Part shown: in pieces, positions 48,602-57,962 of the stretch
How positions within the stretch are numbered: the first letter of the stretch is position 1
Layout of the letters: every line of letters begins with the position of its first letter
Assembly: GCA_049297675.1 (NCBI GenBank)
Contig: JBAQUS010000011.1
Coordinates: forward strand, 101,184 to 165,183
Origin: Minisyncoccia bacterium
Lineage (GTDB): Bacteria; Patescibacteriota; Minisyncoccia; Phycocordibacterales; DATDWN01
Reading direction: 5' to 3'
Length of the DNA stretch: 64,000 bases
The notes under the pieces: generated by a model
What the model was told of the DNA's origin: nothing
Databases searched by the model: none
What the model saw: only the letters and a program-made list of their open reading frames with translations
Made by a program: the position numbers and the translations under genes

Positions 48602-49776
48602 TCACTTAAATAACCGGTTACGCGTAGTGCCTCCTCTATCGTTGTCACCCCCATCACCACTTTTTCGAAAGCCGAAGTTTTTAGACTTTTAACATTTTTT
48701 CTCTTTAGAAGGTCGAGTATGATAGAACTTGGTTGAGAGTCAAAAATTGCTGATCTTACTTCTGAATCAATATTAATTATTTCAAATATCCCAGTTCTAC
48801 CAACAAAACCTAGGCTTTGGCAAACATTACAACCTTCACCGAAGTAGAATTTAGACCCTCTAAATTCTGGAGGTATAATCTCCATTTGTCTTTCTGTTGG
48901 AGCTGTTTCCTTTTTACAATTGTCACATATTCTTCTAACTAACCTTATTGCAACCACTCCTCGTATTGACTGTGCCACGATAGATCTATCCACGTTCATT
49001 TCAACCAATCTGTTAACTAGTGCTGGCAGGTCAAATGTGTGGAAAGTTGAGAGTAGAAGTATTCCGGCAAGGGATGCTTGTACAGCCATGATAGCAGTCT
49101 CGGGATCACGGATTTCCCCGAGCATTATGACATCTGGGTCTTGGCGGAGGATCGATCTTATAGCGGCCGCAAAAGTTAATCCTATCTCACTATTTATGCT
49201 TGTTTGTCTGACGTTTTCTATCTGGTACTCAACTGGATCTTCTATAGTTACTATATTTTTCTCAGGAGTATTGAGATAATTTATTATTGAGTAAAGGAGA
49301 TTGGTTTTTCCTGAACCAGTTGGCCCAGTGACTAAGATAAGTCCGTTCGGGCTTCGGATAAGATTTTGCAAAAGCTCAAGCTGATCTTGATCAAGTCCAA
49401 GGTCTTCCATCTTTAGTATGACATCTTGTTCTCCATGTAGACGAAAGACTATACTCTCACCGTAAATATCTGGCATGGTTGAAACACGAATACTGTAAAC
49501 TTTATTTTTGTAGGCAAATTCAAAATGTCCGTCTTTTGGAATACGATGCTCAACAATATCCATTTGCGAAAGTATTTTTATTCTCGAAACGAGTTGTTCT
49601 TCCATACTTAGATTGAGCGACTGAATGGGATGAAGGATACCATCAATCCTAAAACGCACATTAAAGCCTTCTCTTGTCGGCTCAAAGTGGATGTCACTGG
49701 CGCGATTTTCGATGGCCATACCAATAAGGTTGTCGAGGACTTGGGCTGTGTTCAAACTATCCTTTGGATTATTCAT
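48598..49776 (-). CDS. pilB: type II secretion / type IV pilus assembly ATPase (GspE/PilB family)
   Basis: Walker A LVTGPTGSGKTNLLYSII, the GspE-type Asp/His boxes and a C-terminal CxxC...CxxC zinc motif. Confidence 0.8.
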   Translation of the reverse strand: MNNPKDSLNTAQVLDNLIGMAIENRASDIHFEPTREGFNVRFRIDGILHPIQSLNLSMEEQLVSRIKILSQMDIVEHRIPKDGHFEFAYKNKVYSIRVSTMPDIYGESIVFRLHGEQDVILKMEDLGLDQDQLELLQNLIRSPNGLILVTGPTGSGKTNLLYSIINYLNTPEKNIVTIEDPVEYQIENVRQTSINSEIGLTFAAAIRSILRQDPDVIMLGEIRDPETAIMAVQASLAGILLLSTFHTFDLPALVNRLVEMNVDRSIVAQSIRGVVAIRLVRRICDNCKKETAPTERQMEIIPPEFRGSKFYFGEGCNVCQSLGFVGRTGIFEIINIDSEVRSAIFDSQPSSIILDLLKRKNVKSLKTSAFEKVVMGVTTIEEALRVTGYLSD

Positions 49777-49918
49777 ACCAAAAGTATATCAAGACAAATT
49801 GCTAATTGGTAGTAACACAGAGGCAACGATATACGGAGGCGTTGCCTCCGTATACGTTGCCTCCGTATATAGGTTTCTCCTCGTAATCTAAAATCATAGT
49901 AATTTTTTAGGGGTAGTT

Positions 49919-49985
49919 GTTTGAATAAAAAGAAAGACCCCGTGCAGAGGTCGTGCGTTTGCACGGGGTCTCTCACGGGGTCGGA
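49919..49985 (-). terminator. two consecutive GC-rich hairpins followed (on the minus strand) by a U-run, immediately after the stop of the GC-rich gene
   Basis: agaccccgtgca-gaggtcgtgcgtt-tgcacggggtct and gactagcaagga-cgg-tccttgctagtc, preceded on the plus strand by aaaaagaaag. Confidence 0.5.
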
Positions 49986-50696
49986 CTAGCAAGGACGGTC
50001 CTTGCTAGTCAGAGCGTCGCGATCTTTCTCGATTTCCTTCTCGAAGTCACTCTTTGGACCGAGTGGATCCTGTGGCTGAAACATGTCTCCGAGGTACTGG
50101 CCGTAAGTGATCCAGTTGTCCTCGCAGTACGCCTCGACCATGGTTTCCTGAACGACCTCGGGATCGGGGAGATAGTATCTTCCTCTCCATTCCTCCTGGC
50201 CGATGAGAGTCACGAGTTTGACGAACTTCTGCATCGCGGTGTGAGTGAAACCCTCACCGTTACGCAGGTTGAGTCTCAGGTTTGCCGTCAAGGCAGACCC
50301 GTTGGCCCAGACTGGACTGACACCACCATCGTCGTCGGTGTAATCCCAATCAGCACCAAGCTCGTTTCCGATTACTTCCGAGAGTGCTCGGCGGAAGTGC
50401 TGGCGGATCACCTGCTGGTGAACCTCGCGAGCAGTCTTCTCGGCTTCGAACTCAACCCTGAGAGTGGCCTTACCACGAAACATCGTGGCGGTCACTTGAA
50501 CCAGAACAGCTTCACACACCTTAGTAGGCATGTGCTTCTGATGAGCCGGCGCCATCGGGTTAACGAAACGCCAGGTCATCGTCGTGCGCTGGAGCTTCTT
50601 CATGGCTGTCTCCTTGCTGTCATAAACTCTGGGTCTACCAGAGGCCCAGCATAATACCGGGACAAATAACAGCAATCTAAGCACAATTATAAACAA
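49986..50696 (-). CDS. hypothetical protein encoded by a strongly GC-rich gene (foreign-looking); the plus-strand ORF 49953..50654 is its antisense shadow
   Basis: ORF track; the minus-strand protein has an ordinary composition while the plus-strand ORF is L/R/S-rich junk. Confidence 0.35.
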   Translation of the reverse strand: MFIIVLRLLLFVPVLCWASGRPRVYDSKETAMKKLQRTTMTWRFVNPMAPAHQKHMPTKVCEAVLVQVTATMFRGKATLRVEFEAEKTAREVHQQVIRQHFRRALSEVIGNELGADWDYTDDDGGVSPVWANGSALTANLRLNLRNGEGFTHTAMQKFVKLVTLIGQEEWRGRYYLPDPEVVQETMVEAYCEDNWITYGQYLGDMFQPQDPLGPKSDFEKEIEKDRDALTSKDRPC

Positions 50697-51220
50697 TTTA
50701 TAACTCTATGTCAAGGGGTAGTTTGGGCGCCGAAAGGGTGGCTAAGATGTTGAGACTTTTATGAAGAAAGGGCAGTTGGTTAGGAATGATTTTAGTTTCG
50801 TTAATACAAGAATCACTTCATTGCTCAATAGTTTTTTATTAGACGAGGTGTCTTTTACTGAAAGCGTGTCCTGAGCCATGTTTTAAGTATTTTTCAAATT
50901 TTAGTGCCTTATTTTTATTTGGAAATGCGCAAAACCAGATTAATGAGAATGGAAGTTTAGTTTTTGAGTATCTAGACTCCCCGTTATTGTGTTCTTTTAG
51001 TCTATTCTTGATGTTTTCTGTGCTTCCGAAATATAGACTACCATCCTTCTGACTTTTTTAGAATGTAAACATAGTGCATATAAAGAATATATATCCTGCG
51101 TCGCTTGATTACAAGCTATGCAGGATCCACTGCTTCGCTAACAAAAAACCTCACAGGTTGTGTGAAGTTTCTTGTGCTAAAGGTATTTAGTGCCTGCACT
51201 GCGTAGCTTTAGCGAAGCAG

Positions 51221-51617
51221 TGGAGATGCCGATAGTTGAAATCGGGTCCATAAAGTGAATCGAGACAGATCTACAATACTTAGTTTACTTAAAGTTTTAA
51301 TCCGTGTTGCTTAGAGTAAACCAAACACAACACGGACGATCTTCTATTTTCTGGTTTCACTCGAAGAAAGTGAAACTATAACCTTAGTTTATATCAATCA
51401 TCTCCTCCTTAAAGGTTCAAGAGGAGAGACCGTCGTTTAGGTGTTGAGTTTAAGCAACTGCGTAAGCGAAAGCAAAATCGTTTGCTCCAAAATATGGAGA
51501 AGCGGATGCTTTTTTAGATAAGTTTTTTACACTTAATCTTTCCAGACTTTTTAAGAGTTTCTGGAGCTCTGTATTGCCTGAATCAATATCGTCTTTATGT
51601 CAAAACCTGTCATCCCC
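51221..51617 (-). ncRNA. ssrA: tmRNA (ssrA), about 397 nt, predicted tag peptide (A)ANDFAFAYAVA
   Basis: minus-strand 5' end GGGGATGACAGGTTTTGACA resembles GGGGCTGATTCTGGATTCGAC; the 3' end CCGAT-TTCAACT-ATCGG-CATCTCC-A forms a T-arm and a 7-bp acceptor stem with the 5' end, including a G3:U70 wobble pair; internal ORF GCA AAC GAT TTT GCT TTC GCT TAC GCA GTT GCT TAA at about 51450-51485; smpB lies immediately upstream. Confidence 0.6.
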
Positions 51618-51729
51618 GAGGAATAGATGTTTGAAGTATGAAGTTAGATGTACGATAAACTTCTACTTTTCGGGAATTTTTGGTTTATCTTTTCAAAGTG
51701 CTTGCCTAGCTCTTTATAAAGGGCTGTGG

Positions 51730-52173
51730 CTATTTACCTTTCAAGTCTCTCTCGATATCACGTTCTGTGTCTCTCTTCTTGATCGACTCTCTTTTGTCGA
51801 ATTTTTTCTTGCCCCTAGCGACTGCGATATCGAGCTTTATTAGACCCCCCTTATTATACACCGAAATTGGGACAATTGTCAATCCTTTAGCGTTTTCAGT
51901 GCCAGATAGAGCCATAATCTCCTTTTTGCTAAGCAAAAGTCGTCGGTTTCTGTACGGATCATAGTCTTTTGGAGTGTTTCCAGCTTGATATGGCGGGATG
52001 AACATGCCAATTAAATAGGCTTCCGCACCACGAATGGTTACATAAGTACCCTCTAAAGACCCCTGACTTTTCCTTAATGACTTTACCTCAAACCCAAAAA
52101 GCTCTATACCGGCAGTATATTTTTCCAAAATCTCGTAATCGAACCCTGCTTTTCTGTTTGTGATAAGAGACAT
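51730..52173 (-). CDS. smpB: SsrA-binding protein SmpB
   Basis: ITNRKAGFDYEILEKYTAGIELFGFEVKSLR ... GLTIVPISVYNKGGLIKLDIAVARGKK. Confidence 0.9.
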   Translation of the reverse strand: MSLITNRKAGFDYEILEKYTAGIELFGFEVKSLRKSQGSLEGTYVTIRGAEAYLIGMFIPPYQAGNTPKDYDPYRNRRLLLSKKEIMALSGTENAKGLTIVPISVYNKGGLIKLDIAVARGKKKFDKRESIKKRDTERDIERDLKGK

Positions 52174-52208
52174 GGTGAAATTCTAGCATATAAATTGATT
52201 TTTTCTTT

Positions 52209-52502
52209 TTGTTTATGTATAGTAAAAGCAGAGGAGGTGACCCTATGGCAAGACCATACGGTGTAAACACCGATTTGCTGTGTCCAGATTGTGCAAGTTC
52301 CGAGAAGGATTTTCCGAAATATCCTCGTGACCAGGTGGGCCAGGTCAGGTGTTCGGAGTGCCAGAGGTTTCTTGTCCATCTGGGGACTCTTAGTGTCGGA
52401 GAGTTGGATGAACTCTCTGCCAGATGGCCGGAGCTGGGCGATGTCAAGTTCAGCACCATCTGTGCAGACTACGATAGGAGGGGAATAAGCTTGCCACAAT
52501 GA
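52209..52502 (+). CDS. small GC-rich CxxC...CxxC zinc-ribbon protein (likely start at MARPYGV near 52245)
   Basis: LCPDCASSEK ... VRCSECQRF; GC content far above the neighbourhood. Confidence 0.3.
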   Translation: MFMYSKSRGGDPMARPYGVNTDLLCPDCASSEKDFPKYPRDQVGQVRCSECQRFLVHLGTLSVGELDELSARWPELGDVKFSTICADYDRRGISLPQ

Positions 52503-52727
52503 TTTTTGACGGCAAGTTTTTCACGGGGCGACGAGAGTCGTCCCGTCTTAGTTTTCTATTTGCTAAAACACTAACGGGATGTATATTTCTCCAAAATTTT
52601 TGAACAGTCTATATACATTAACTTGATGCTATAGCATTAGATTAGTGTATGTATTGATGTAGGTTAAAACAAACTTTTTTGCTTTGAATTTTTTGATATT
52701 AATGTATACTGTGGCTACTTCTAAAAG

Positions 52728-54659
52728 ATGCCTGAAAATCAGGAAAAAAAGAAAATAATAATAAAAAGGTCGGGAAAGGGGGGCAAAGACCCTGAAGATA
52801 GCTCTATACTAAACTACGTAATATACGTCATTGTTATTTTTATTGTGCTTTCTTCAATTTACTCTCTTGTTTCTGATTCTGGTTCAAATAAAGTCGAAGA
52901 AATTTCCATATCACAGCTTTCAGCAGATGTTCAAGCAGGTTTAGTTGATTCAATAACAGTAAACGGCGATAGCTTAGATCTTTTATATAAGAAAGGTGAA
53001 AAAAAGATTTCCAAAAAAGAGGAGTCTGTGGCACTTTCTCAAACTCTAGTAAATTATGGAGTAACAAAAGAGGAGATTGGTTCTGTTAAAGTAGATATTC
53101 AAAACCAGAAAGGTTTTAGTTTTTGGTTTATAAATCTTTCACCAATTATTTTTCCCATTCTTTTCATTGTTATCTTCATTTGGTTTCTGACCAGACAAGT
53201 CAAAGGTGCTGGCATTCAAGCTCTAACTTTCGGGCAGTCAAAAGCCAGGATGATAGATCCAAACGACAAGTCGCAGAGAGTGACTTTCAAAGACGTGGCT
53301 GGATGTAAGGAAGCAAAAGAGGAGCTTTCAGAAATAGTTGATTTTTTGAAAAATCCTCAAAAATTTCTAGATATTGGGGCTAGGATTCCAAAGGGTATTT
53401 TGCTTATGGGGGCACCTGGCACAGGAAAAACCATGCTTGCTAGAGCTGTCAGTGGTGAGGCTCGAGTTGCTTTTTTCTCGATTTCAGGTTCGGAGTTTGT
53501 GGAAATGTTTGTCGGTGTTGGAGCTTCGCGCGTGAGGGACTTGTTTATGATGGCCAAGAAAAACTCTCCATCAATTATTTTTGTAGACGAGATAGATGCA
53601 GTGGGTAGAGTGCGTGGAGCCGGTCTTGGTGGCGGTAATGACGAGAGGGAACAAACACTCAACCAAATTCTAGTTGAGATGGATGGCTTCGAGCCAAATG
53701 AAAAAGTGATAGTCATGGCCGCAACAAACAGGCCTGACGTTTTGGACCCAGCACTTCTTCGACCGGGGAGATTTGATAGGCGAGTCACTCTTGATTTACC
53801 AGACAGAAAAGATAGGGAGGAAATACTGAAAGTTCATAGTACAAAAAAACCTTTTGCAGAGGATGTAAACTTAACTGTCATTGCCGAGAGGACGCCAGGG
53901 TTTTCTGGTGCTGATCTATACTCTCTTATGAACGAGGGAGCCATCTTAGCTGCTCGTGAAAATCGTACAAAAGTTTCTCAATTTGATCTTATTCGCTCGA
54001 TCGAGAAAGTCATGCTCGGTCCAGAGAGACGAAGTCATCTACTTTCAAAGAAAGAAAAGGAAATCACAGCATATCATGAGGCGGGTCACGCTGTTTTGGC
54101 CTCCATACTTCCTTACGCTGACCCAGTACACAAGATCTCCATTATTTCACGTGGCCGAGCGGCAGGTTATGTTTTCAAGCTCGCACTAGAAGAGAGAAAG
54201 TTACAATCCAAAAAAGAATTTCTTGACGATATTGCAGTTTCTCTCGGTGGATATATTACAGAGAAAATGCTTTTCGATGACCTAACAACTGGTCCATCAA
54301 ATGACTTACAAGTTTCAACAGCTTTGGCACGGGATATGGTTACCAAATATGGGATGTCGGATAGTATTGGTCCTGTAGCTCTTGAAGGCCACGAAGGTAA
54401 AGCACTTTTTGGTAGGGGGGTTGATGAAAAGGAATTCTCGGAGAGAGTGTCAGCGGACATTGACTCTGAAGTTTCCAGAATAATGAAAGAAGCTTTAGAG
54501 AAGGCAAGAGTAGTAATAACAGAGAATAGAAAGCTACTTGATGCGATTGCGGTGAGACTTATAGAGGTTGAAACAATAGAGAGAGCAGAGTTCGAGTCGA
54601 TTTTAGTTGCAAATGGTGTCACTCCAAAAAAGAAGCTTGATATTGAACATCAGGGATAG
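52728..54659 (+). CDS. ftsH: ATP-dependent zinc metalloprotease FtsH
   Basis: TM helices then GAPGTGKT Walker A, DEIDAVGR, second region of homology, HEAGHAV zinc site. Confidence 0.95.
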   Translation: MPENQEKKKIIIKRSGKGGKDPEDSSILNYVIYVIVIFIVLSSIYSLVSDSGSNKVEEISISQLSADVQAGLVDSITVNGDSLDLLYKKGEKKISKKEESVALSQTLVNYGVTKEEIGSVKVDIQNQKGFSFWFINLSPIIFPILFIVIFIWFLTRQVKGAGIQALTFGQSKARMIDPNDKSQRVTFKDVAGCKEAKEELSEIVDFLKNPQKFLDIGARIPKGILLMGAPGTGKTMLARAVSGEARVAFFSISGSEFVEMFVGVGASRVRDLFMMAKKNSPSIIFVDEIDAVGRVRGAGLGGGNDEREQTLNQILVEMDGFEPNEKVIVMAATNRPDVLDPALLRPGRFDRRVTLDLPDRKDREEILKVHSTKKPFAEDVNLTVIAERTPGFSGADLYSLMNEGAILAARENRTKVSQFDLIRSIEKVMLGPERRSHLLSKKEKEITAYHEAGHAVLASILPYADPVHKISIISRGRAAGYVFKLALEERKLQSKKEFLDDIAVSLGGYITEKMLFDDLTTGPSNDLQVSTALARDMVTKYGMSDSIGPVALEGHEGKALFGRGVDEKEFSERVSADIDSEVSRIMKEALEKARVVITENRKLLDAIAVRLIEVETIERAEFESILVANGVTPKKKLDIEHQG

Positions 54660-54687
54660 TGTTTATTTTACCAATTTATGATAATGT

Positions 54688-54933
54688 TTGGATAGAAATG
54701 AGGAGGGGCTCATGAGAAATGAAGGGCAAATTTCGGTTGAGTTGTTTGATGAGGAATATGATCGAATCAAGATTATTGATACTATTTTTTCAAGACTAGG
54801 TGAGCTCTACCAGCTAGAACAGGCTGGTGGAAAAGATACTGATTTTCTTGAAGGAATTATTGAGGATTTGCTTCAAAGACAACTTTCTTTGGATGAGGCG
54901 ACTTGTGCTCTCTGTGAGTACCTCAATGTCTGA
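54688..54933 (+). CDS. hypothetical small acidic protein
   Basis: ORF track. Confidence 0.3.
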   Translation: MDRNEEGLMRNEGQISVELFDEEYDRIKIIDTIFSRLGELYQLEQAGGKDTDFLEGIIEDLLQRQLSLDEATCALCEYLNV

Positions 54934-55006
54934 AGGCCTCATGCGGTGTTCTATCTACCGCCTGGGGCCTTTCTCGTGTCAAAGAGTCTCTTTGACTCTA
55001 CTTACC

Positions 55007-55264
55007 CTATCTCCATCTCGGTCTCTTGCCTTTTGCGTAGCAGATAATAATAAGAAAAATTGTGTTGATGATAAAAGGCAGGGATAAATTTATTAGAGTA
55101 TCACTTGCTGAATGAGAAAATTTATCTATGTTTAAGAAGTTGAGAGTTATTGCTACTATGTAAAGCAAAAGAACAAACCACCCCTCCCAACTTGTTGGTG
55201 TCCATCCCCATCCATATTTTTTAGATTCAAACCACAGTTTATTATCTTTGTTTTTATTTTCCAT
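55007..55264 (-). CDS. hypothetical small membrane protein
   Basis: ORF track; two TM helices. Confidence 0.3.
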   Translation of the reverse strand: MENKNKDNKLWFESKKYGWGWTPTSWEGWFVLLLYIVAITLNFLNIDKFSHSASDTLINLSLPFIINTIFLIIICYAKGKRPRWR

Positions 55265-55294
55265 AAAATGTGTTAGTTTATTATATATGATTTT

Positions 55295-55368
55295 GCGCGT
55301 ATAGCTCAGTTGGTTAGAGCATCGAGCTTATACCTCGAGGGTCCCACGTTCGAGTCGTGGTACGCGCA
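55295..55368 (+). tRNA. tRNA-Ile with anticodon UAU (reads AUA directly)
   Basis: gcgcgta / tagctcagttggttagagc / a / tcgag-cTTATAc-ctcga / gggtc / ccacg-ttcgagt-cgtgg / tacgcgc-a gives a clean cloverleaf with U33 and anticodon TAT; CCA not encoded. Confidence 0.8.
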
Positions 55369-55373
55369 CATCT

Positions 55374-57530
55374 TTATTCAAAATGGATTTTGTGATTCTG
55401 AGATTCTAATCGTTCTTTGAGGAGTGGATAGTTCGTTAGCTCCGGGTCTTCCTCGACTAGTTTTTGTGCTTCGGTTCGTGAAGCCTCAACCATTTTAATG
55501 TTTTTTATAGCTTCCATGGCTAAATCCGAAATGCCCCATTGTTTTCTACCATAAAGTTCGCCGGCTCCTCTCTGAGCTAGGTCAAATTCTGAGAGCTCGA
55601 AGCCATTTTTAGCAGTAGTAAGAGCCTTAAGTCTATCTCGAGTTTTCTGTCCTGAACTTTCAGGAAAAACATAACAATAGGCTTGGTGGTTTGAGCGTAT
55701 GACTCTTCCACGGAGCTGATGAAGCTGGGACAGTCCGAACCTTTCAGCACCCTCAATAATTATCATTGTAGCATTTGGTACGTTTACACCCACTTCCACC
55801 ACAGAAGTTGCCACCAAAATTTTTGTTACCCCTTTAGAGAATTTTTCCATAACCTTCTCTTTTTCCAAGGGTGTCATCTTTGAATGCAAAATATCAACGG
55901 TAAATTCGGAAAAAACTTCCTTCTTTAGTCTCTCAGCTTCGAGTTTTACTGATTTGGCAATAACCGACAGCTCCTTTGTTGGATCTGGCTCTTCTATTCT
56001 CGGACAAATAACATAAAGTTGTCTTCCATTATTTAATTCTTTTCTAATTTCGTTGTAACAATTATTTCTTTCGCTTGGCAAGACAATTTTAGTAATAATA
56101 GGAAGTCTGCCATGTGGCATTTCATCGAGTAAAGTCAAATCAAGATCTCCGTAGATAGTAAGTGCTAGTGTTCGTGGGATGGGTGTTGCCGTCATGGATA
56201 ATAGGTGGGGAGTCAATCCATCTTTTATCATTAGCTTTTGTCTCTGAAGTGTTCCAAACCTGTGTTGTTCATCAATGACCACATATGCTAAATGTTTAAA
56301 TGTTACAGATTTTTGGATTAAAGCATGTGTGCCAATAAGGATTGGCACTTCGCCGTTCGCTACCCATTTGAGGAGTTGGGTTCTAGAGATTTTCGTTGGC
56401 TTTGTAGGATCACTTTTGCTTGGAAATATTTTACATTCACTTCCGGTAATTAACCCTATTTTAATAGGTAGATGCTCAAAATATCTTATAAAATTTTCAT
56501 AGTGTTGTTTTGCTAAAATTTCTGTTGGACACATATAAGCGGTTTGCAAATTCCCAAAGGTGTCACCTTTGGGAAAGGTTTGAGTGACAGCGTATATGGT
56601 AGTGGCAGCTACTGCTGTTTTGCCAGAACCCACATCTCCCTCGAGAAGTCGAGACATGGGATAGCCTCTTTTGAAATCTAGAGAAATAGAATTTATAGCT
56701 TTCATCTGGGAATCAGTAGCTTTGAAAGGAAAACGGAGGATGAATTCTCTAATGTCTTTTTGGCTTGTTGTAATATTGAAACTACTTTTTTCTCTCCAAA
56801 ATCTTTTCTCCCTTTGTTTTTCTAGTTGTATAAAGAAGATTTCCTCAAAGGCAAATCTCTTCCTAGCGGACTCGGCATCAGACTTTTTTCTCGGAGCATG
56901 GATCCAAATAAGGGCAGTTTTCAGTCCGGGTAGGTTATATTTTTTAAGAATCTCCTCCGGTATTGGGTCCTCCAAAGTGTCAAGGGTGCCCCTTGACATG
57001 ATTTTCTGGAGGGCGTGGTAGAACCAGTTTGAGGTAATACCTCTGCTTTCTGGATAAACGGGGTAGAGAGAATGATTTTCACCGCCTTCTCCGAAAAGGG
57101 ATTTTCCAACTAAGACAGGAGTATTGTTTGCAACTTCTATTTTAGGGTTGCTTAGATATTGCACACCCTTTCTTTCTGAAACTTTCCCCTCTACTCTAAC
57201 TGACTGTCCATCGTGAATCATCTTGGCAATGTAAGGCTGGTTAAACCATACAAGCTTGATTTTTCCGGTTTCATCCTCGAGCATACCATCTGACATAGGG
57301 ATTTTTTTGTAAAAAGCCTTACTGGTTTTAAGCCCTGATATTTTTCCAAAAATGACTGCATTCTGACCAGTGTTCAAATTCAGAACACTGACTATTTCAG
57401 CAGTGTCCCCATACCTGACAGGGAAGTGATAGAGTAAGTCGCTAATAGTAGCGATTCCCATTTTCTCCAAAGCTTTCTTTTGTGAATTTGTCAAACGTAT
57501 CTCCTCTATCAGTATGGAGTTAAGTTTCAT
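55374..57530 (-). CDS. recG: ATP-dependent DNA helicase RecG
   Basis: wedge domain then helicase motifs GDVGSGKT, DEQHRFG, arginine finger region. Confidence 0.9.
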   Translation of the reverse strand: MKLNSILIEEIRLTNSQKKALEKMGIATISDLLYHFPVRYGDTAEIVSVLNLNTGQNAVIFGKISGLKTSKAFYKKIPMSDGMLEDETGKIKLVWFNQPYIAKMIHDGQSVRVEGKVSERKGVQYLSNPKIEVANNTPVLVGKSLFGEGGENHSLYPVYPESRGITSNWFYHALQKIMSRGTLDTLEDPIPEEILKKYNLPGLKTALIWIHAPRKKSDAESARKRFAFEEIFFIQLEKQREKRFWREKSSFNITTSQKDIREFILRFPFKATDSQMKAINSISLDFKRGYPMSRLLEGDVGSGKTAVAATTIYAVTQTFPKGDTFGNLQTAYMCPTEILAKQHYENFIRYFEHLPIKIGLITGSECKIFPSKSDPTKPTKISRTQLLKWVANGEVPILIGTHALIQKSVTFKHLAYVVIDEQHRFGTLQRQKLMIKDGLTPHLLSMTATPIPRTLALTIYGDLDLTLLDEMPHGRLPIITKIVLPSERNNCYNEIRKELNNGRQLYVICPRIEEPDPTKELSVIAKSVKLEAERLKKEVFSEFTVDILHSKMTPLEKEKVMEKFSKGVTKILVATSVVEVGVNVPNATMIIIEGAERFGLSQLHQLRGRVIRSNHQAYCYVFPESSGQKTRDRLKALTTAKNGFELSEFDLAQRGAGELYGRKQWGISDLAMEAIKNIKMVEASRTEAQKLVEEDPELTNYPLLKERLESQNHKIHFE

Positions 57531-57962
57531 GGCATTAGTCTATCACGACTATAAAATATTAATTGTAAAATTATGAAAATTTTTTCTAGAACACATGGTT
57601 AATTATTGACGCAAGATCTGGTTTTGTCCTTGAGTTTCACTACCCACAGCTTATACAAGCTTTTCCACAGGAATTCCACATATTACGACACAAAGTTTAT
57701 TCTTTGTTTATTGTGCCAAAATTTTCCTGTGCTAGTATCGTACTTGTTCTGAAAAAGTCAGAGCATGTAAATTATAAGCAAGCATGAGAATACTTTTTCC
57801 AAGTACAAAATGCAAGCAGTTAAAAGAGTTGTTTTTTGGTGTTTAAAAGACGCTAAAAAACAGCTCTTTTTTTGTACGCAATTGTATGAAGAAGAGCATG
57901 GTCGGTGAATGCAAAATACTATATAGAATTGGGTTTATTAAAAAAATTTAACAATTAATAAA

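Noticed and set aside
49953-50654. 233-aa plus-strand ORF
   Set aside because: Antisense to the GC-rich minus-strand gene. Its L/R/S-rich composition is typical of a reverse-strand artefact in GC-rich DNA.
50697-51220. Considered a second structured RNA (for example a group I intron or a two-piece tmRNA partner) in the gene-free region beyond the tmRNA 3' end
   Set aside because: Long inverted repeats are present, but I could not match any family signature by eye. It is mentioned under the tmRNA finding rather than called.
51574-51843. 89-aa plus-strand ORF
   Set aside because: Overlaps the predicted tmRNA 5' region and the smpB 3' end on the opposite strand.
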